64,000 nucleotides of DNA from Neocallimastix sp. 'constans' (taxonomy: Eukaryota), in contig JBODTK010000011.1 in the NCBI GenBank assembly GCA_050613775.1, positions 1,302,001 through 1,366,000 on the forward strand, given 5' to 3'. Below are positions 13,550 through 24,859 of this stretch, one piece after another. Both the position numbers and the translations under genes were made by a program. The number at the start of each line of letters is the position of its first letter. Within the stretch, counting starts at the first letter, position 1. The notes under the pieces were generated by a model that made no database searches, had not been told where the DNA came from, and saw only the letters and a program-made list of their open reading frames with translations.

Positions 13550-16500
13550 ACCCCGAGCAGGGGTGTACTCGATTTATGTATTTAAATCGCCTGCAAGGGG
13601 AATTAACTTTACTCTTATAAAGTAGATCCACAGTACTGGTGCAAAATAGTAGTAAAGTTATATTTTGTGTTAATTAATAACATTATGCGCAATGGTAATG
13701 TTATTGGTAAAATTTTTCTGGTGAACACTCACTGCGGAATATAATGGTGCATTTTTGGAACATTGTTAAATAAGTTACACCCAAGAATTAGTAATACATT
13801 TTCATTGTATTTCTATTTTCATGTAGTATTACTATTCTCATGTAAGAATCTATTGTATTCAATTGTATTTCAACTTTATATTTCATGTATCACGTTGTAA
13901 GAGATTGATTCACTCTAAATCTTGTAGTAATTTATTTAACTCTTTACTAATTTTGTGCCATTTTATTTCATCAATTCAATCTTAGTCATTAAATACTTTA
14001 TGATATTCAATTTAAATAATATACTGAAAAAAGTGCTAAATCAAATTATTTTTCAATCATTCAACAAACTACTAATTATCGAAATTATTTACTCCAAAAA
14101 GATATAAAATTATTACAATCCTCATTATACTCAAGACTTTATAATAAAAATTGACTTTTTTTTATTTTTTTTTTTAGTTATTAATTTTTAGTTTTTATTA
14201 CTATTATGGAAATCCAATTTATAAGAAATAAGAATTTCATTCTAAGAGGTTCAAGGTGCCACGGTATACCAATGGAGAATACGAAACTACTCTTTATCCG
14301 CGGACTTCGATCTTGGCCAGAAATCAAAATGAGAAGACATTTAAAGAAAACTCTGAATGAATTAAATGATAAGGTTTTATCAGTTAAACGTATTGCTAAT
14401 TTTAATGATGCATTCTTTAAAATTAAAATAGTAGGTAATGAAGAAGAATTAACATCTATTACTGATTGTATTGTTAATAGTTTCAAACGTGCTTCAATTA
14501 ACGTTATTAATTGTAGCAAAAGGAATCATAAATACAGTTTTTCTTCACTCAAAAGGAAACATTTTGCCTTATCAGAAAAAGTGAATTCATCTTATAATAT
14601 CAACTTATTCACTACTTCAAATTCAAATGCAGATTCAAGTCAAAATTCAAATTCAAGTTCAAATACAGATTCATGTTCAAGTTCAAGTACAAGCTCAAGT
14701 TCAAGTTCAAGTACAAGTTTAAGTACAAGTTCAAGTACAGGTTCAAGTTCAAGTTCAAGTCCAAGTTCAAGTACAATTTCAAGTTCAAGTTCAAGTACAA
14801 GTTCAAGTACAAGTACAAGTTCAAGTTCAAGTACAAGTTCAAGTTCAATTTCAAATTTATGTTTAAATTCAGTTTCAAGCTCAGATTCAAATTCAAATTT
14901 CAGTTCAATCAATTATAATAATTCCAATAATATTAATAACACTCATATTAATAATAATACAGTTAAAGAATTTTCTCTATGTGTCAGTTGGAATACTAAT
15001 GGATGGAACTTTGATAAAAAAGACAGTGTTGAATTCTTTATTTCAATGTACAAACCACTTTTCTTATGCTTTCAGGAAACAGGAAATGGTTCAGGTTCTA
15101 GCAGTAAATATCCATGTCGAGTATCATTAAAAAACTACAAACATTTCTTCAAAAAAGCTAATAATGAAATTCCCGGTAAAAGAGGTCTTTATATTGGGTT
15201 TCATAATTCTTGTCAAGCCTCTCTTGAAAACAACACTTATGAGTATATTATTTCCTTGTATACGTATAATTTTTGGAATTTCACTAAATGTTCTATTGGT
15301 AATGTGTACGTACCTCATAGTGGCCATAGCCTTCATGCTAGAACTGCTAGAATTGAAATATTGTCTTGGTTAAATAGTCACTCTTCTCATCCTTCAATGT
15401 TGGTTGGTGATTTTAATTTACCTACTGAGAAATTAAGTAATTTGCTCTCTAAATTTAGTAATTGGAAAATTCTTCCCTTATGGGGCTCCCCAATTTCATG
15501 GAGTAGAGGTAATAGAGAATCTGCTATAGATCATGCGATTGTCAATGATCATATGTTAGATTTACTTTCATATGGTACTTTTATTGACTTTCCCCCCATT
15601 TCGGATCATAAACCTTTATTAATAAAAGGTAAAAGTTTTTCATCAGTTAATTCAGATAATTCTTTCTCTCTGCCTAAAAAGACAGTTAAATGGGATAGAT
15701 TAAAATGTATAAATGAAAAAGAATCAATTTTTGACAACAACTATTTTAGTGTATTAGAGGAAGTGATTCCAGATCCTAATATTAGTATTGATGATATTTC
15801 AAAGAAATTTATTTCAACTTCATTCAATATTGCTAAGGAACTTAATATCACGTCAATTTCAGAAGTTCGAAAATCTTTTTTTCATATGTCGCAGAAAATA
15901 TTTAATTTGCAAAAACTCAAAATGAAATTATATAAATCCATTAAAAGAAGAGGTTCTTATCATAATTTAGATGAATTTGAAGAATTAATTGATAAATATA
16001 ATAGAATGTGCAAAATTATTCATCATATGTGTAATATTTATAGGAAAACTGAATACCAACATTGGATTAATACAGGATGTGAATATATGAAATCTCATAA
16101 CCCTAAAAAAGCTTGGAAATGGCTTAAAACAACAGCAAAAGTAGATAAATTTAAAAATATGTCAAATTCTCCAGTAAAGGACAAAAATGGTAAACTAGCT
16201 ACTTCTACTAAAGAACAGTTAGAAGTATGGCACAATCACTATAAAAAACTTGCTTCAAGCCATTCTGATATCAATAGTGCATTAATCGAATGGTATAATA
16301 AATTTTCCAATGGAACAATTAGGTATACGAGACACAATGAATGGGATATAAATCAAGACATCAGTATAGAAGAAATTAGAGAAGCAATTTTGGCTACTCC
16401 AAATTTTAAAGCTTCAGGCCCGGATGGAATTCCTATTGAATTTTATAAAGCTTTAATTCCTCCGGATGACGAAAATTCAGTAAATAATTCTTCTTCTGGT

Positions 16501-18891
16501 TTAAATTGTTTACAGAAGATATACTCAAGAATTTGGAATGGAGAATTTCCTAGCTCTTGGAATGAAGCAAGTATTATATCTATTCCTAAAAAAGGAGATG
16601 ATCTATCTGATTGTGACAATTATCGAGGTATCTCTCTGATTAACAATGGTATTAAACTCATTTCGAAAATAGTCTCCAAAAGAATTTCAGAATATGGACT
16701 TAAAAATAATTTTATTAGGCCAGAGCAATTTGGATTTCGTACTAAAGAAGAATGTGTTAGTTTATTTATTTCAATTCGAGAAATTTGTCAAAGGCGTAAA
16801 AATGATAATAAAGAAACTTACCTAGCTTTTCTAGATTTAAAAAAGGCATATGATTCTGTTCCAATAGGTAATATTTTATATAAATTAGATGCTTTAGGTA
16901 TTAGAGGTAAATGTTATCAATTTATAAAAAATCTATATTTGACATCCAAAGCTAGTGTTAAAATTGATGATCAATATTCGGAATCTTTTAATATTATGAA
17001 AGGAGTTAGACAAGGTTGTCCACTATCACCAATTCTTTTCAATCTTTTTATTAATGACATTTTTAATGATGTTTCAGAACTTGGAATTCCTTTAGGCGAA
17101 TCTAGATGTTGTGGTGGACTCTTTGCAGATGATATTGTTCTATGCGCACCGTCAAGAACTAAGTTGAAAAAAATGCTTAAGAAGGTAAATGAATGGGCTA
17201 AATTTAATATGATGAATTTTGGAATTAATAAGTGTGCAACGATGGTGATTCGACCAGACACACCTCTTTTTCAAAATAAAAGAGATCCTACTTTTTATCT
17301 TGCTGGTCAACCAATTCCAATAACTAAATGTTATACCTATTTAGGTATACCATTTGATAAAAGCTTATCGTTGAAACCTATTATTAAATTACTTAACTCT
17401 AAAGTAACTAAAGCTCTCTTTTCTGTTAGTAAATTTCTTTCAAATTCCAAAATTCCTATTCCATTTAAGAAGATTATAATTAACTCTTATGTACTTAGTA
17501 AAGTCTCTTACTTTGCACCTTTACTTGGTTCAAATAAAACGAGAACAAATAATACTCAGAAATTAATTAATAAAGGATTAAGATGGATTGCAGGTATACA
17601 AAAAGCCAAATCATTTATTAATGTATATTCTATTTCAAAAGATTTACATATTCCTCCATTGTCAGCTAAGTGTGCTTTGTCTCAGGTCAAATGTTTTGAT
17701 AAATGGAAAAATTCAAATTGTATTATTTCCTTTTTAGTTAATAATATTCCAAAATCTAGAAAATATACATGGACAAAAGAAAGTAGAACTCTTAAACGTA
17801 AACTAGAGAAAAGAGGTAATAACGATAATAAAATCAAGGATTTTTATTGGAAAAGAGATATGAAAATCAATTCTATTAAAGCTGAGTTTTATGACAAAAA
17901 CAAATTCGAAGAAACATCAAAATTTATAAAACTTTGTTATGACTATCCTGATCTTTCATATGGTTTCTATTGGCTATTGAGAGGACGAAGCGGATATAGA
18001 TTAGATGCTAGAATTGCTAAAGCTGCAAAAATAGTGGACCAAATGTGTCCTAATTTTTGTCCCTGTTGTAAAAGTAATAAACAATGGATAAGTCATTGGT
18101 TAATTGATTGTCCCTTTTTCAATCATACTCGTAGTAAAGTTAATGATAAAATTTTATTTTTATATAATGCTTTTTACCGTGGCAACCTAACAAATGATAT
18201 TGTTAATAGTAATAATGATAATAGTAATAGTAATAATAGTAATAGTTATAATAGTAATAATAATATTAGTAATAGTATTTTTAGTAATGTTAGTAATAGT
18301 ATTGAAAATAATGTGTATATTGATTCTAGTGTGTGTGAAAAAGTGTTTAATTTCCTTCTTGGAGGTCGAAGTATTAATAACAGTACAAGGGAATGGAAGG
18401 ATCTATTTAAGTGCCAGATGAAATCAGGTGCTTATTCTGATACTCCGTTCTTAGTGGTTACTGCGGCACTTCTCCAATCGATTATACCTATTGCTATTGG
18501 CCAGCAATGGTCTTTGTTCAATAGGTTCAAATCGAATCGTACTACTACTACCAAGAGCGTCAATGCTGAAGAAACAGTAAGACAGGCCAGCAGGGCTAGC
18601 GCAACCAATGAAGATCATAATTTTGTATCTTAAAATTATGATTAACATTGCGAAGTCAAAGTTAATTATTATACTTCAGTATAATAATGCCCTTGTGAAG
18701 TCTTATAAATATTAATTAAATGAAACTAGAATATATTATACCATTATTTTATTTTTATTTTGTGTTTTATTTTTTGTTTATTTTTTTATCTTTTTTTTTT
18801 TATTATTTTATTACATGTATTTTATCAAATATTTAATTAATAAAGATGAAACAAGTTTGCTGCCGTTAAAAAAAAAAAAAAAAAAAAAAAA
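13550..18891 (+). mobile_element. Non-LTR retrotransposon copy A (near full length), inserted in the 5' UTR of copy B
   Basis: 5' UTR + intact ORF + 3' UTR + A24 tail; 12-bp TSD TACTAATTTTGT at 13538-13549 and 18892-18903. Confidence 0.9.
14206..18633 (+). CDS. LINE polyprotein: N-terminal domain, Ser-rich linker, APE endonuclease, reverse transcriptase, C-terminal Cys/His finger (1475 aa)
   Basis: APE motifs WNTNG, QET, GDFN, IDH, SDH; RT motifs GPDG, YRGISL, QFGF, LDLKKAYDSV, GVRQGCPLSP, FADD, YLG; CPCC...HWLIDC. Confidence 0.96.
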   Translation: MEIQFIRNKNFILRGSRCHGIPMENTKLLFIRGLRSWPEIKMRRHLKKTLNELNDKVLSVKRIANFNDAFFKIKIVGNEEELTSITDCIVNSFKRASINVINCSKRNHKYSFSSLKRKHFALSEKVNSSYNINLFTTSNSNADSSQNSNSSSNTDSCSSSSTSSSSSSSTSLSTSSSTGSSSSSSPSSSTISSSSSSTSSSTSTSSSSSTSSSSISNLCLNSVSSSDSNSNFSSINYNNSNNINNTHINNNTVKEFSLCVSWNTNGWNFDKKDSVEFFISMYKPLFLCFQETGNGSGSSSKYPCRVSLKNYKHFFKKANNEIPGKRGLYIGFHNSCQASLENNTYEYIISLYTYNFWNFTKCSIGNVYVPHSGHSLHARTARIEILSWLNSHSSHPSMLVGDFNLPTEKLSNLLSKFSNWKILPLWGSPISWSRGNRESAIDHAIVNDHMLDLLSYGTFIDFPPISDHKPLLIKGKSFSSVNSDNSFSLPKKTVKWDRLKCINEKESIFDNNYFSVLEEVIPDPNISIDDISKKFISTSFNIAKELNITSISEVRKSFFHMSQKIFNLQKLKMKLYKSIKRRGSYHNLDEFEELIDKYNRMCKIIHHMCNIYRKTEYQHWINTGCEYMKSHNPKKAWKWLKTTAKVDKFKNMSNSPVKDKNGKLATSTKEQLEVWHNHYKKLASSHSDINSALIEWYNKFSNGTIRYTRHNEWDINQDISIEEIREAILATPNFKASGPDGIPIEFYKALIPPDDENSVNNSSSGLNCLQKIYSRIWNGEFPSSWNEASIISIPKKGDDLSDCDNYRGISLINNGIKLISKIVSKRISEYGLKNNFIRPEQFGFRTKEECVSLFISIREICQRRKNDNKETYLAFLDLKKAYDSVPIGNILYKLDALGIRGKCYQFIKNLYLTSKASVKIDDQYSESFNIMKGVRQGCPLSPILFNLFINDIFNDVSELGIPLGESRCCGGLFADDIVLCAPSRTKLKKMLKKVNEWAKFNMMNFGINKCATMVIRPDTPLFQNKRDPTFYLAGQPIPITKCYTYLGIPFDKSLSLKPIIKLLNSKVTKALFSVSKFLSNSKIPIPFKKIIINSYVLSKVSYFAPLLGSNKTRTNNTQKLINKGLRWIAGIQKAKSFINVYSISKDLHIPPLSAKCALSQVKCFDKWKNSNCIISFLVNNIPKSRKYTWTKESRTLKRKLEKRGNNDNKIKDFYWKRDMKINSIKAEFYDKNKFEETSKFIKLCYDYPDLSYGFYWLLRGRSGYRLDARIAKAAKIVDQMCPNFCPCCKSNKQWISHWLIDCPFFNHTRSKVNDKILFLYNAFYRGNLTNDIVNSNNDNSNSNNSNSYNSNNNISNSIFSNVSNSIENNVYIDSSVCEKVFNFLLGGRSINNSTREWKDLFKCQMKSGAYSDTPFLVVTAALLQSIIPIAIGQQWSLFNRFKSNRTTTTKSVNAEETVRQASRASATNEDHNFVS

Positions 18892-19155
18892 TACTAATTT
18901 TGTGCCATTTTATTTCATCAATTCAATCTTAGTCATTAAATACTTTATGATATTCAATTTAAATAATATACTGAAAAAAGTGCTAAATCAAATTATTTTT
19001 CAATCATTCAACAAACTACTAATTATCGAAATTATTTACTCCAAAAAGATATAAAATTATTACAATTCTCATTATACTCAAGACTTTATAATAAAAATTG
19101 ACTTTTTTTTATTTTTTTTATTTTAGTTATTAATTTTTAGTTTTTTATTACTATT

Positions 19156-22100
19156 ATGGAAATCCAATTTATAAGAAATAAGAATTTCATTCTAAGAGGT
19201 TCAAGGTGCCACGGTATACCAATAGAGAATACGAAACTACTCTTTATCCGCGGACTTCGATCTTGGCCAGAAATCAAAATGAGAAGACATTTAAAGAAAA
19301 CTCTGAATGAATTAAATGATAAGGTTTTATCAGTTAAACGTATTGCTAATTTTAATGATGCATTCTTTAAAATTAAAATAGTAGGTAATGAAGAAGAATT
19401 AACATCTATTACTGATTGTATTGTTAATAGTTTCAAACGTGCTTCAATTAACGTTATTAATTGTAGCAAAAGGAATCATAAATACAGTTTTTCTTCACTC
19501 AAAAGGAAACATTTTGCCTTATCAGAAAAAGTGAATTCATCTTATAATATCAACTTATTCACTACTTCAAATTCAAATGCAGATTCAAGTCAAAATTCAA
19601 ATTCAAGTTCAAATACAGATTCATGTTCAAGTTCAAGTACAAGTTCAAGTACAAGCTCAAGTTCAAGTTCAAGTACAAGTTTAAGTACAAGTTCAAGTAC
19701 AGGTTCAAGTTCAAGTTCAAGTCCAAGTTCAAGTACAATTTCAAGTTCAAGTTCAAGTACAAGTTCAAGTACAAGTTCAAGTTCAAGTTCAAGTTCAAGT
19801 ACAAGTTCAAGTTCAATTTCAAATTTATGTTTAAATTCAGTTTCAAGCTCAGATTCAAATTCAAATTTCAGTTCAATCAATTATAATAATTCTAATAATA
19901 TTAATAACACTCATATTAATAATAATACAGTTAAAGTATTTTCTCTATGTGTCAGTTGGAATACTAATGGATGGAACTTTGATAAAAAAGACAGTGTTGA
20001 ATTCTTTATTTCAATGTACAAACCACTTTTCTTATGCTTTCAGGAAACAGGAAATGGTTCAGGTTCTAGCAGTAAATATCCATGTCGAGTATCATTAAAA
20101 AACTACAAACATTTCTTCAAAAAAGCTAATAATGAAATTCCCGGTAAAAGAGGTCTTTATATTGGGTTTCATAATTCTTGTCAAGCCTCTCTTGAAAACA
20201 ACACTTATGAGTATATTATTTCCTTGTATACTTATAATTTTTGGAATTTCACTAAATGTTCTATTGGTAATGTGTACGTACCTCATAGTGGCCATAGCCT
20301 TCATGCTAGAGCTGCTAGAATTGAAATATTGTCTTGGTTAAATAGTCACTCTTCTCATCCTTCAATGTTGGTTGGTGATTTTAATTTACCTACTGAGAAA
20401 TTAAGTAATTTGCTCTCTAAATTTAGTAATTGGAAAATTCTTCCCTTATGGGGCTCCCCAATTTCATGGAGTAGAGGTAATAGAGAATCTGCTATAGATC
20501 ATGCGATTGTCAATGATCATATGTTAGATTTACTTTCATATGGTACTTTTATTGACTTTCCCCCCATTTCGGATCATAAACCTTTATTAATAAAAGGTAA
20601 ATGTTTTTCATCAGTTAATTCAGATAATTCTTTCTCTCTGCCTAAAAAGACAGTTAAATGGGATAGATTAAAATGTATAAATGAAAAAGAATCAATTTTT
20701 GACAACAACTATTTTAGTGTATTAGAGGAAGTGATTCCAGATCCTAATATTAGTATTGATGATATTTCAAAGAAATTTATTTCAACTTCATTCTATATTG
20801 CTAAGGAACTTAATATCACGTCAATTTCAGAAGTTCGAAAATCTTTTTTTCATATGTCGCAGAAAATATTTAATTTGCAAAAACTCAAAATGAAATTATA
20901 TAAATCCATTAAAAGAAGAGGTTCTTATCATAATTTAGATGAATTTGAAGAATTAATTGAAAAATATAATAGAATGTGCAAAATTATTCATCATATGTGT
21001 AATATTTATAGGAAAACTGAATACCAACATTGGATCAATACAGGATGTGAATATATGAAATCTCATAACCCTAAAAAAGCTTGGAAATGGCTTAAAACAA
21101 CAGCAAAAGTAGATAAATTTAAAAATATGTCAAATTCTCCAGTAAAGGACAAAAATGGTAAACTAGCTACTTCTACTAAAGAACAGTTAGAAGTATGGCA
21201 CAATCACTATAAAAAACTTGCTTCAAGCCATTCTGATATCAATAGTGCATTAATCGAATGGTATAATAAATTTTCCAATGGAACAATTAGGTATACGAGA
21301 CACAATGAATGGGATATAAATCAAGACATCAGTATAGAAGAAATTAGAGAAGCAATTTTGGCTACTCCAAATTTTAAAGCTTCAGGCCCGGATGGAATTC
21401 CTATTGAATTTTATAAAGCTTTAATTCCTCCGGATGACGAAAATTCAGTAAATAATTCTTCTTCTGGTTTAAATTGTTTACAGAAGATATACTCAAGAAT
21501 TTGGAATGGAGAATTTCCTAGCTCATGGAATGAAGCAAGTATTATATCTATTCCTAAAAAAGGAGATGATCTATCTGATTGTGACAATTATCGAGGTATC
21601 TCTCTGATTAACAATGGTATTAAACTCATTTCGAAAATAGTCTCCAAAAGAATTTCAGAATATGGACTTAAAAATAATTTTATTAGGCCAGAGCAATTTG
21701 GATTTCGTACTAAAGAAGAATGTGTTAGTTTATTTATTTCAATTCGAGAAAGTTGTCAAAGGCGTAAAAATGATAATAAAGAAACTTACCTAGCTTTTCT
21801 AGATTTAAAAAAGGCATATGATTCTGTTCCAATAGGTAATATTTTATATAAATTAGATGCTTTAGGTATTAGAGGTAAATGTTATCAATTTATAAAAAAT
21901 CTATATTTGACATCCAAAGCTAGTGTTAAAATTGATGATCAATATTCGGAATCTTTTAATATTATGAAAGGAGTTAGACAAGGTTGTCCACTATCACCAA
22001 TTCTTTTCAATCTTTTTATTAATGACATTTTTAATGATGTTTCAGAACTTGGAATTCCTTTAGGCGAATCTAGATGTTGTGGTGGACTCTTTGCAGATGA

Positions 22101-23601
22101 TATTGTTCTATGCGCACCGTCAAGAACTAAGTTGAAAAAAATGCTTAAGAAGGTAAATGAATGGGCTAAATTTAATATGATGAATTTTGGAATTAATAAG
22201 TGTGCAACGATGGTGATTCGACCAGACACACCTCTTTTTCAAAATAAAAGAGATCCTACTTTTTATCTTGCTGGTCAACCAATTCCAATAACTAAATGTT
22301 ATACCTATTTAGGTATACCATTTGATAAAAGCTTATCGTTGAAACCTATTATTAAATTACTTAACTCTAAAGTAACTAAAGCTCTCTTTTCTGTTAGTAA
22401 ATTTCTTTCAAATTCCAAAATTCCTATTCCATTTAAGAAGATTATAATTAACTCTTATGTACTTAGTAAAGTCTCTTACTTTGCACCTTTACTTGGTTCG
22501 AATAAAACGAGAACAAATAATACTCAGAAATTAATTAATAAAGGATTAAGATGGATTGCAGGTATACAAAAAGCCAAATCATTTATTAATGTATATTCTA
22601 TTTCAAAAGATTTACATATTCCTCCATTGTCAGCTAAGTGTGCTTTGTCTCAGGTCAAATGTTTTGATAAATGGAAAAATTCAAATTGTATTATTTCCTA
22701 TTTAGTTAATAATATTCCAAAATCTAGAAAATATACATGGACAAAAGAAAGTAGAACTCTTAAACGTAAACTAGAGAAAAGAGGTAATAACGATAATAAA
22801 ATCAAGGATTTTTATTGGAAAAGAGATACAAAAATCAATTCTATTAAAGCTGAGTTTTATGACAAAAACAAATTCGAAGAAACATCAAAATTTATAAAAC
22901 TTTGTTATGACTATCCTGATCTTTCATATGGTTTCTATTGGCTATTGAGAGCACGAAGCGGATATAGATTAGATGCTAGAATTGCTAAAGCTGCAAAAAT
23001 AGTGGACCAAATGTGTCCTAATTTTTGTCCCTGTTGTAAAAGTAATAAACAATGGATAAGTCATTGGTTAATTGATTGTCCCTTTTTCAATCATACTCGT
23101 AGTAAAGTTAATGATAAAATTTTATTTTTATATAATGCTTTTTACCGTGGCAACCTAACAAATGATATTGTTAATAGTAATAATGATAATAGTAATAGTA
23201 ATAATAGTAATAGTTATAATAGTAATAATAATATTAGTAATAGTATTTTTAGTAATGTTAGTAATAGTATTGAAAATAATGTGTATATTGATTCTAGTGT
23301 GTGTGAAAAAGTGTTTAATTTCCTTCTTGGAGGTCGAAGTATTAATAACAGTACAAGGGAATGGGAGGATCTATTTAAGTGCCAGATGAAATCAGGTGCT
23401 TATTCTGATACTCCGTTCTTAGTGGTTACTGCGGCACTTCTCCAATCGATTATACCTATTGCTATTGGCCAGCAATGGTCTTTGTTCAATAGGTTCAAAT
23501 CGAATCGTACTACTACTACCAAGAGCGTCAATGCTGAAGAAACAGTAAGACAGGCCAGCAGGGCTAGCGCAACCAATGAAGATCATAATTTTGTATCTTA
23601 A
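19156..23601 (+). CDS. LINE polyprotein copy B (1481 aa), near-identical to copy A
   Basis: Same motifs; differs by roughly a dozen amino-acid substitutions and 6 extra residues in the Ser-rich linker. Confidence 0.96.
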   Translation: MEIQFIRNKNFILRGSRCHGIPIENTKLLFIRGLRSWPEIKMRRHLKKTLNELNDKVLSVKRIANFNDAFFKIKIVGNEEELTSITDCIVNSFKRASINVINCSKRNHKYSFSSLKRKHFALSEKVNSSYNINLFTTSNSNADSSQNSNSSSNTDSCSSSSTSSSTSSSSSSSTSLSTSSSTGSSSSSSPSSSTISSSSSSTSSSTSSSSSSSSSTSSSSISNLCLNSVSSSDSNSNFSSINYNNSNNINNTHINNNTVKVFSLCVSWNTNGWNFDKKDSVEFFISMYKPLFLCFQETGNGSGSSSKYPCRVSLKNYKHFFKKANNEIPGKRGLYIGFHNSCQASLENNTYEYIISLYTYNFWNFTKCSIGNVYVPHSGHSLHARAARIEILSWLNSHSSHPSMLVGDFNLPTEKLSNLLSKFSNWKILPLWGSPISWSRGNRESAIDHAIVNDHMLDLLSYGTFIDFPPISDHKPLLIKGKCFSSVNSDNSFSLPKKTVKWDRLKCINEKESIFDNNYFSVLEEVIPDPNISIDDISKKFISTSFYIAKELNITSISEVRKSFFHMSQKIFNLQKLKMKLYKSIKRRGSYHNLDEFEELIEKYNRMCKIIHHMCNIYRKTEYQHWINTGCEYMKSHNPKKAWKWLKTTAKVDKFKNMSNSPVKDKNGKLATSTKEQLEVWHNHYKKLASSHSDINSALIEWYNKFSNGTIRYTRHNEWDINQDISIEEIREAILATPNFKASGPDGIPIEFYKALIPPDDENSVNNSSSGLNCLQKIYSRIWNGEFPSSWNEASIISIPKKGDDLSDCDNYRGISLINNGIKLISKIVSKRISEYGLKNNFIRPEQFGFRTKEECVSLFISIRESCQRRKNDNKETYLAFLDLKKAYDSVPIGNILYKLDALGIRGKCYQFIKNLYLTSKASVKIDDQYSESFNIMKGVRQGCPLSPILFNLFINDIFNDVSELGIPLGESRCCGGLFADDIVLCAPSRTKLKKMLKKVNEWAKFNMMNFGINKCATMVIRPDTPLFQNKRDPTFYLAGQPIPITKCYTYLGIPFDKSLSLKPIIKLLNSKVTKALFSVSKFLSNSKIPIPFKKIIINSYVLSKVSYFAPLLGSNKTRTNNTQKLINKGLRWIAGIQKAKSFINVYSISKDLHIPPLSAKCALSQVKCFDKWKNSNCIISYLVNNIPKSRKYTWTKESRTLKRKLEKRGNNDNKIKDFYWKRDTKINSIKAEFYDKNKFEETSKFIKLCYDYPDLSYGFYWLLRARSGYRLDARIAKAAKIVDQMCPNFCPCCKSNKQWISHWLIDCPFFNHTRSKVNDKILFLYNAFYRGNLTNDIVNSNNDNSNSNNSNSYNSNNNISNSIFSNVSNSIENNVYIDSSVCEKVFNFLLGGRSINNSTREWEDLFKCQMKSGAYSDTPFLVVTAALLQSIIPIAIGQQWSLFNRFKSNRTTTTKSVNAEETVRQASRASATNEDHNFVS

Positions 23602-23866
23602 AATTATGATTAACATTGCGAAGTCAAAGTTAATTATTATACTTCAGTATAATAATGCCCTTGTGAAGTCTTACAAATATTAATTAAATGAAACTAGAAT
23701 ATATTATACCATTATTTTATTTTTATTTTGTGTTTTATTTTTTGTTTATTTTTTTATCTTTTTTTTTTTTTTTTATTATTTTATTACATGTATTTTATCA
23801 AATATTTAATTAATAAAGATGAAACAAGTTTGCTGCCGTTAAAAAAAAAAAAAAAAAAAAAAAAAA

Positions 23867-24353
23867 CTAAGTCACCTGTTCCAAAAATTGTGGGCTTGGC
23901 GGAATTCTTAACAAGTGCAATACCTATCATTAGTAGTTCGTTTGAGCTATTATTTGATAGGTATTGCAAAATACCAAACTTATCCAAGAGCGTCGACGTC
24001 GTACTGATAAGGCATAATGATAATACAGGATCGTCATCTATTTCTACGAAGGATGAATCTTGCCCTAGTAGTTCAATAAATGATGAATCCGGGGAGAGTT
24101 TAGTGGACACCACACTATCTATTTTAAAGATGTTACTTCTAGGTTTTATTTCTTTTTTATTTGTTAGGAAGGGAAAAATTCCCGCATAGTACAACTTGCC
24201 GAAATACATAGTATTTTCGAGCTTTTTTATTTTTTTATTTTTTAATTTTTTATTTTTAATTTCTAATGTACTTTTCACCTACATGTATTTTTTAAAATAA
24301 AATTTAATAAAGTTTTGGAAGTGTATTCTCTTCCCTGTCTAAAAAAAAAAAAA
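23867..24353 (+). mobile_element. 3' fragment of a divergent LINE (element C); its 5' tip probably lies at 13112-13133
   Basis: Encodes VGLAEFLTSAIPII...KSVDV, homologous to the C-termini of A/B and D; 3' UTR and A13 tail; candidate TSD CC(G/A)TTTCAGACTC at 13099-13111 and 24354-24366. Confidence 0.8.
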
Positions 24354-24366
24354 CCATTTCAGACTC

Positions 24367-24680
24367 ACGTTGTTAAAAGTTAGATTATCAACACTGAAAA
24401 TTCAAGTAGGACAGGCTAATATTTCTTTCAGATCGTCAATTCAAACCCTAATCCAAAAAGAAAGGAGGTTTCGTTGCCTAAGAACTTTTTTTTTTTTTTT
24501 TTTTTTTTGAATTTATTTATACACCTTATTTTTTGAATATTTTTTATTTCATTTTACTATTTTTAAACATTATTATGTTCTAATTGGACAAATAATATTT
24601 ATTTATTTTATTAATTCTGTGTTTTTCTTTTTATTTTCTTTTATTTTTTTTTTTTATTAAAATATTCATGTATTTAATAA
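24367..24680 (+). mobile_element. Degenerate LINE 3' end (element E), apparent host of element C
   Basis: TCAACACTGAAAAT, GTCAATTCAAACCCTAATCCAAAA and GAGGTTTCGTTGC match the reverse complement of the LINE relic at ~36965-37130. Confidence 0.65.
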
Positions 24681-24717
24681 ACAAACAAACAAACAAACAA
24701 ACAAACAAACAAACAAA

Positions 24718-24812
<95 letters not shown>

Positions 24813-24836
24813 ACAAACAAACAAATAAATAAATAA
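24676..24836. repeat. (AAAC)n(AAAT)n compound microsatellite
   Basis: Direct inspection. Confidence 0.95.
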
Positions 24837-24859
24837 AAATTAAAGTTTGCAATAATCAC

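Larger units (their letters stand above)
13134..23866 (+). mobile_element. Non-LTR retrotransposon copy B (5' part ~13134-13549, remainder 18892-23866), split by copy A
   Basis: 13144-13549 duplicates A's 5' UTR; the sequence resumes at 18904 exactly where it was interrupted; A26 tail at 23841-23866. Exact 5' boundary uncertain by ~10 bp. Confidence 0.85.

Noticed and set aside
13144..13956. 407-bp direct repeat read as LTRs or promoter monomers
   Set aside because: Explained by insertion of LINE A into the 5' UTR of LINE B (12-bp TSD); no TG..CA ends, gag or integrase.
14612..14918. LN/LE/FK dipeptide ORFs (also 19562-19886)
   Set aside because: Alternative frames of the (TCAAGT)n Ser-linker repeat.
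23728..24278. ORFs 23728-24189 (+) and 23784-24278 (-)
   Set aside because: Chimeric read-through of B's 3' UTR and poly(A) into the element C fragment, and its antisense shadow.
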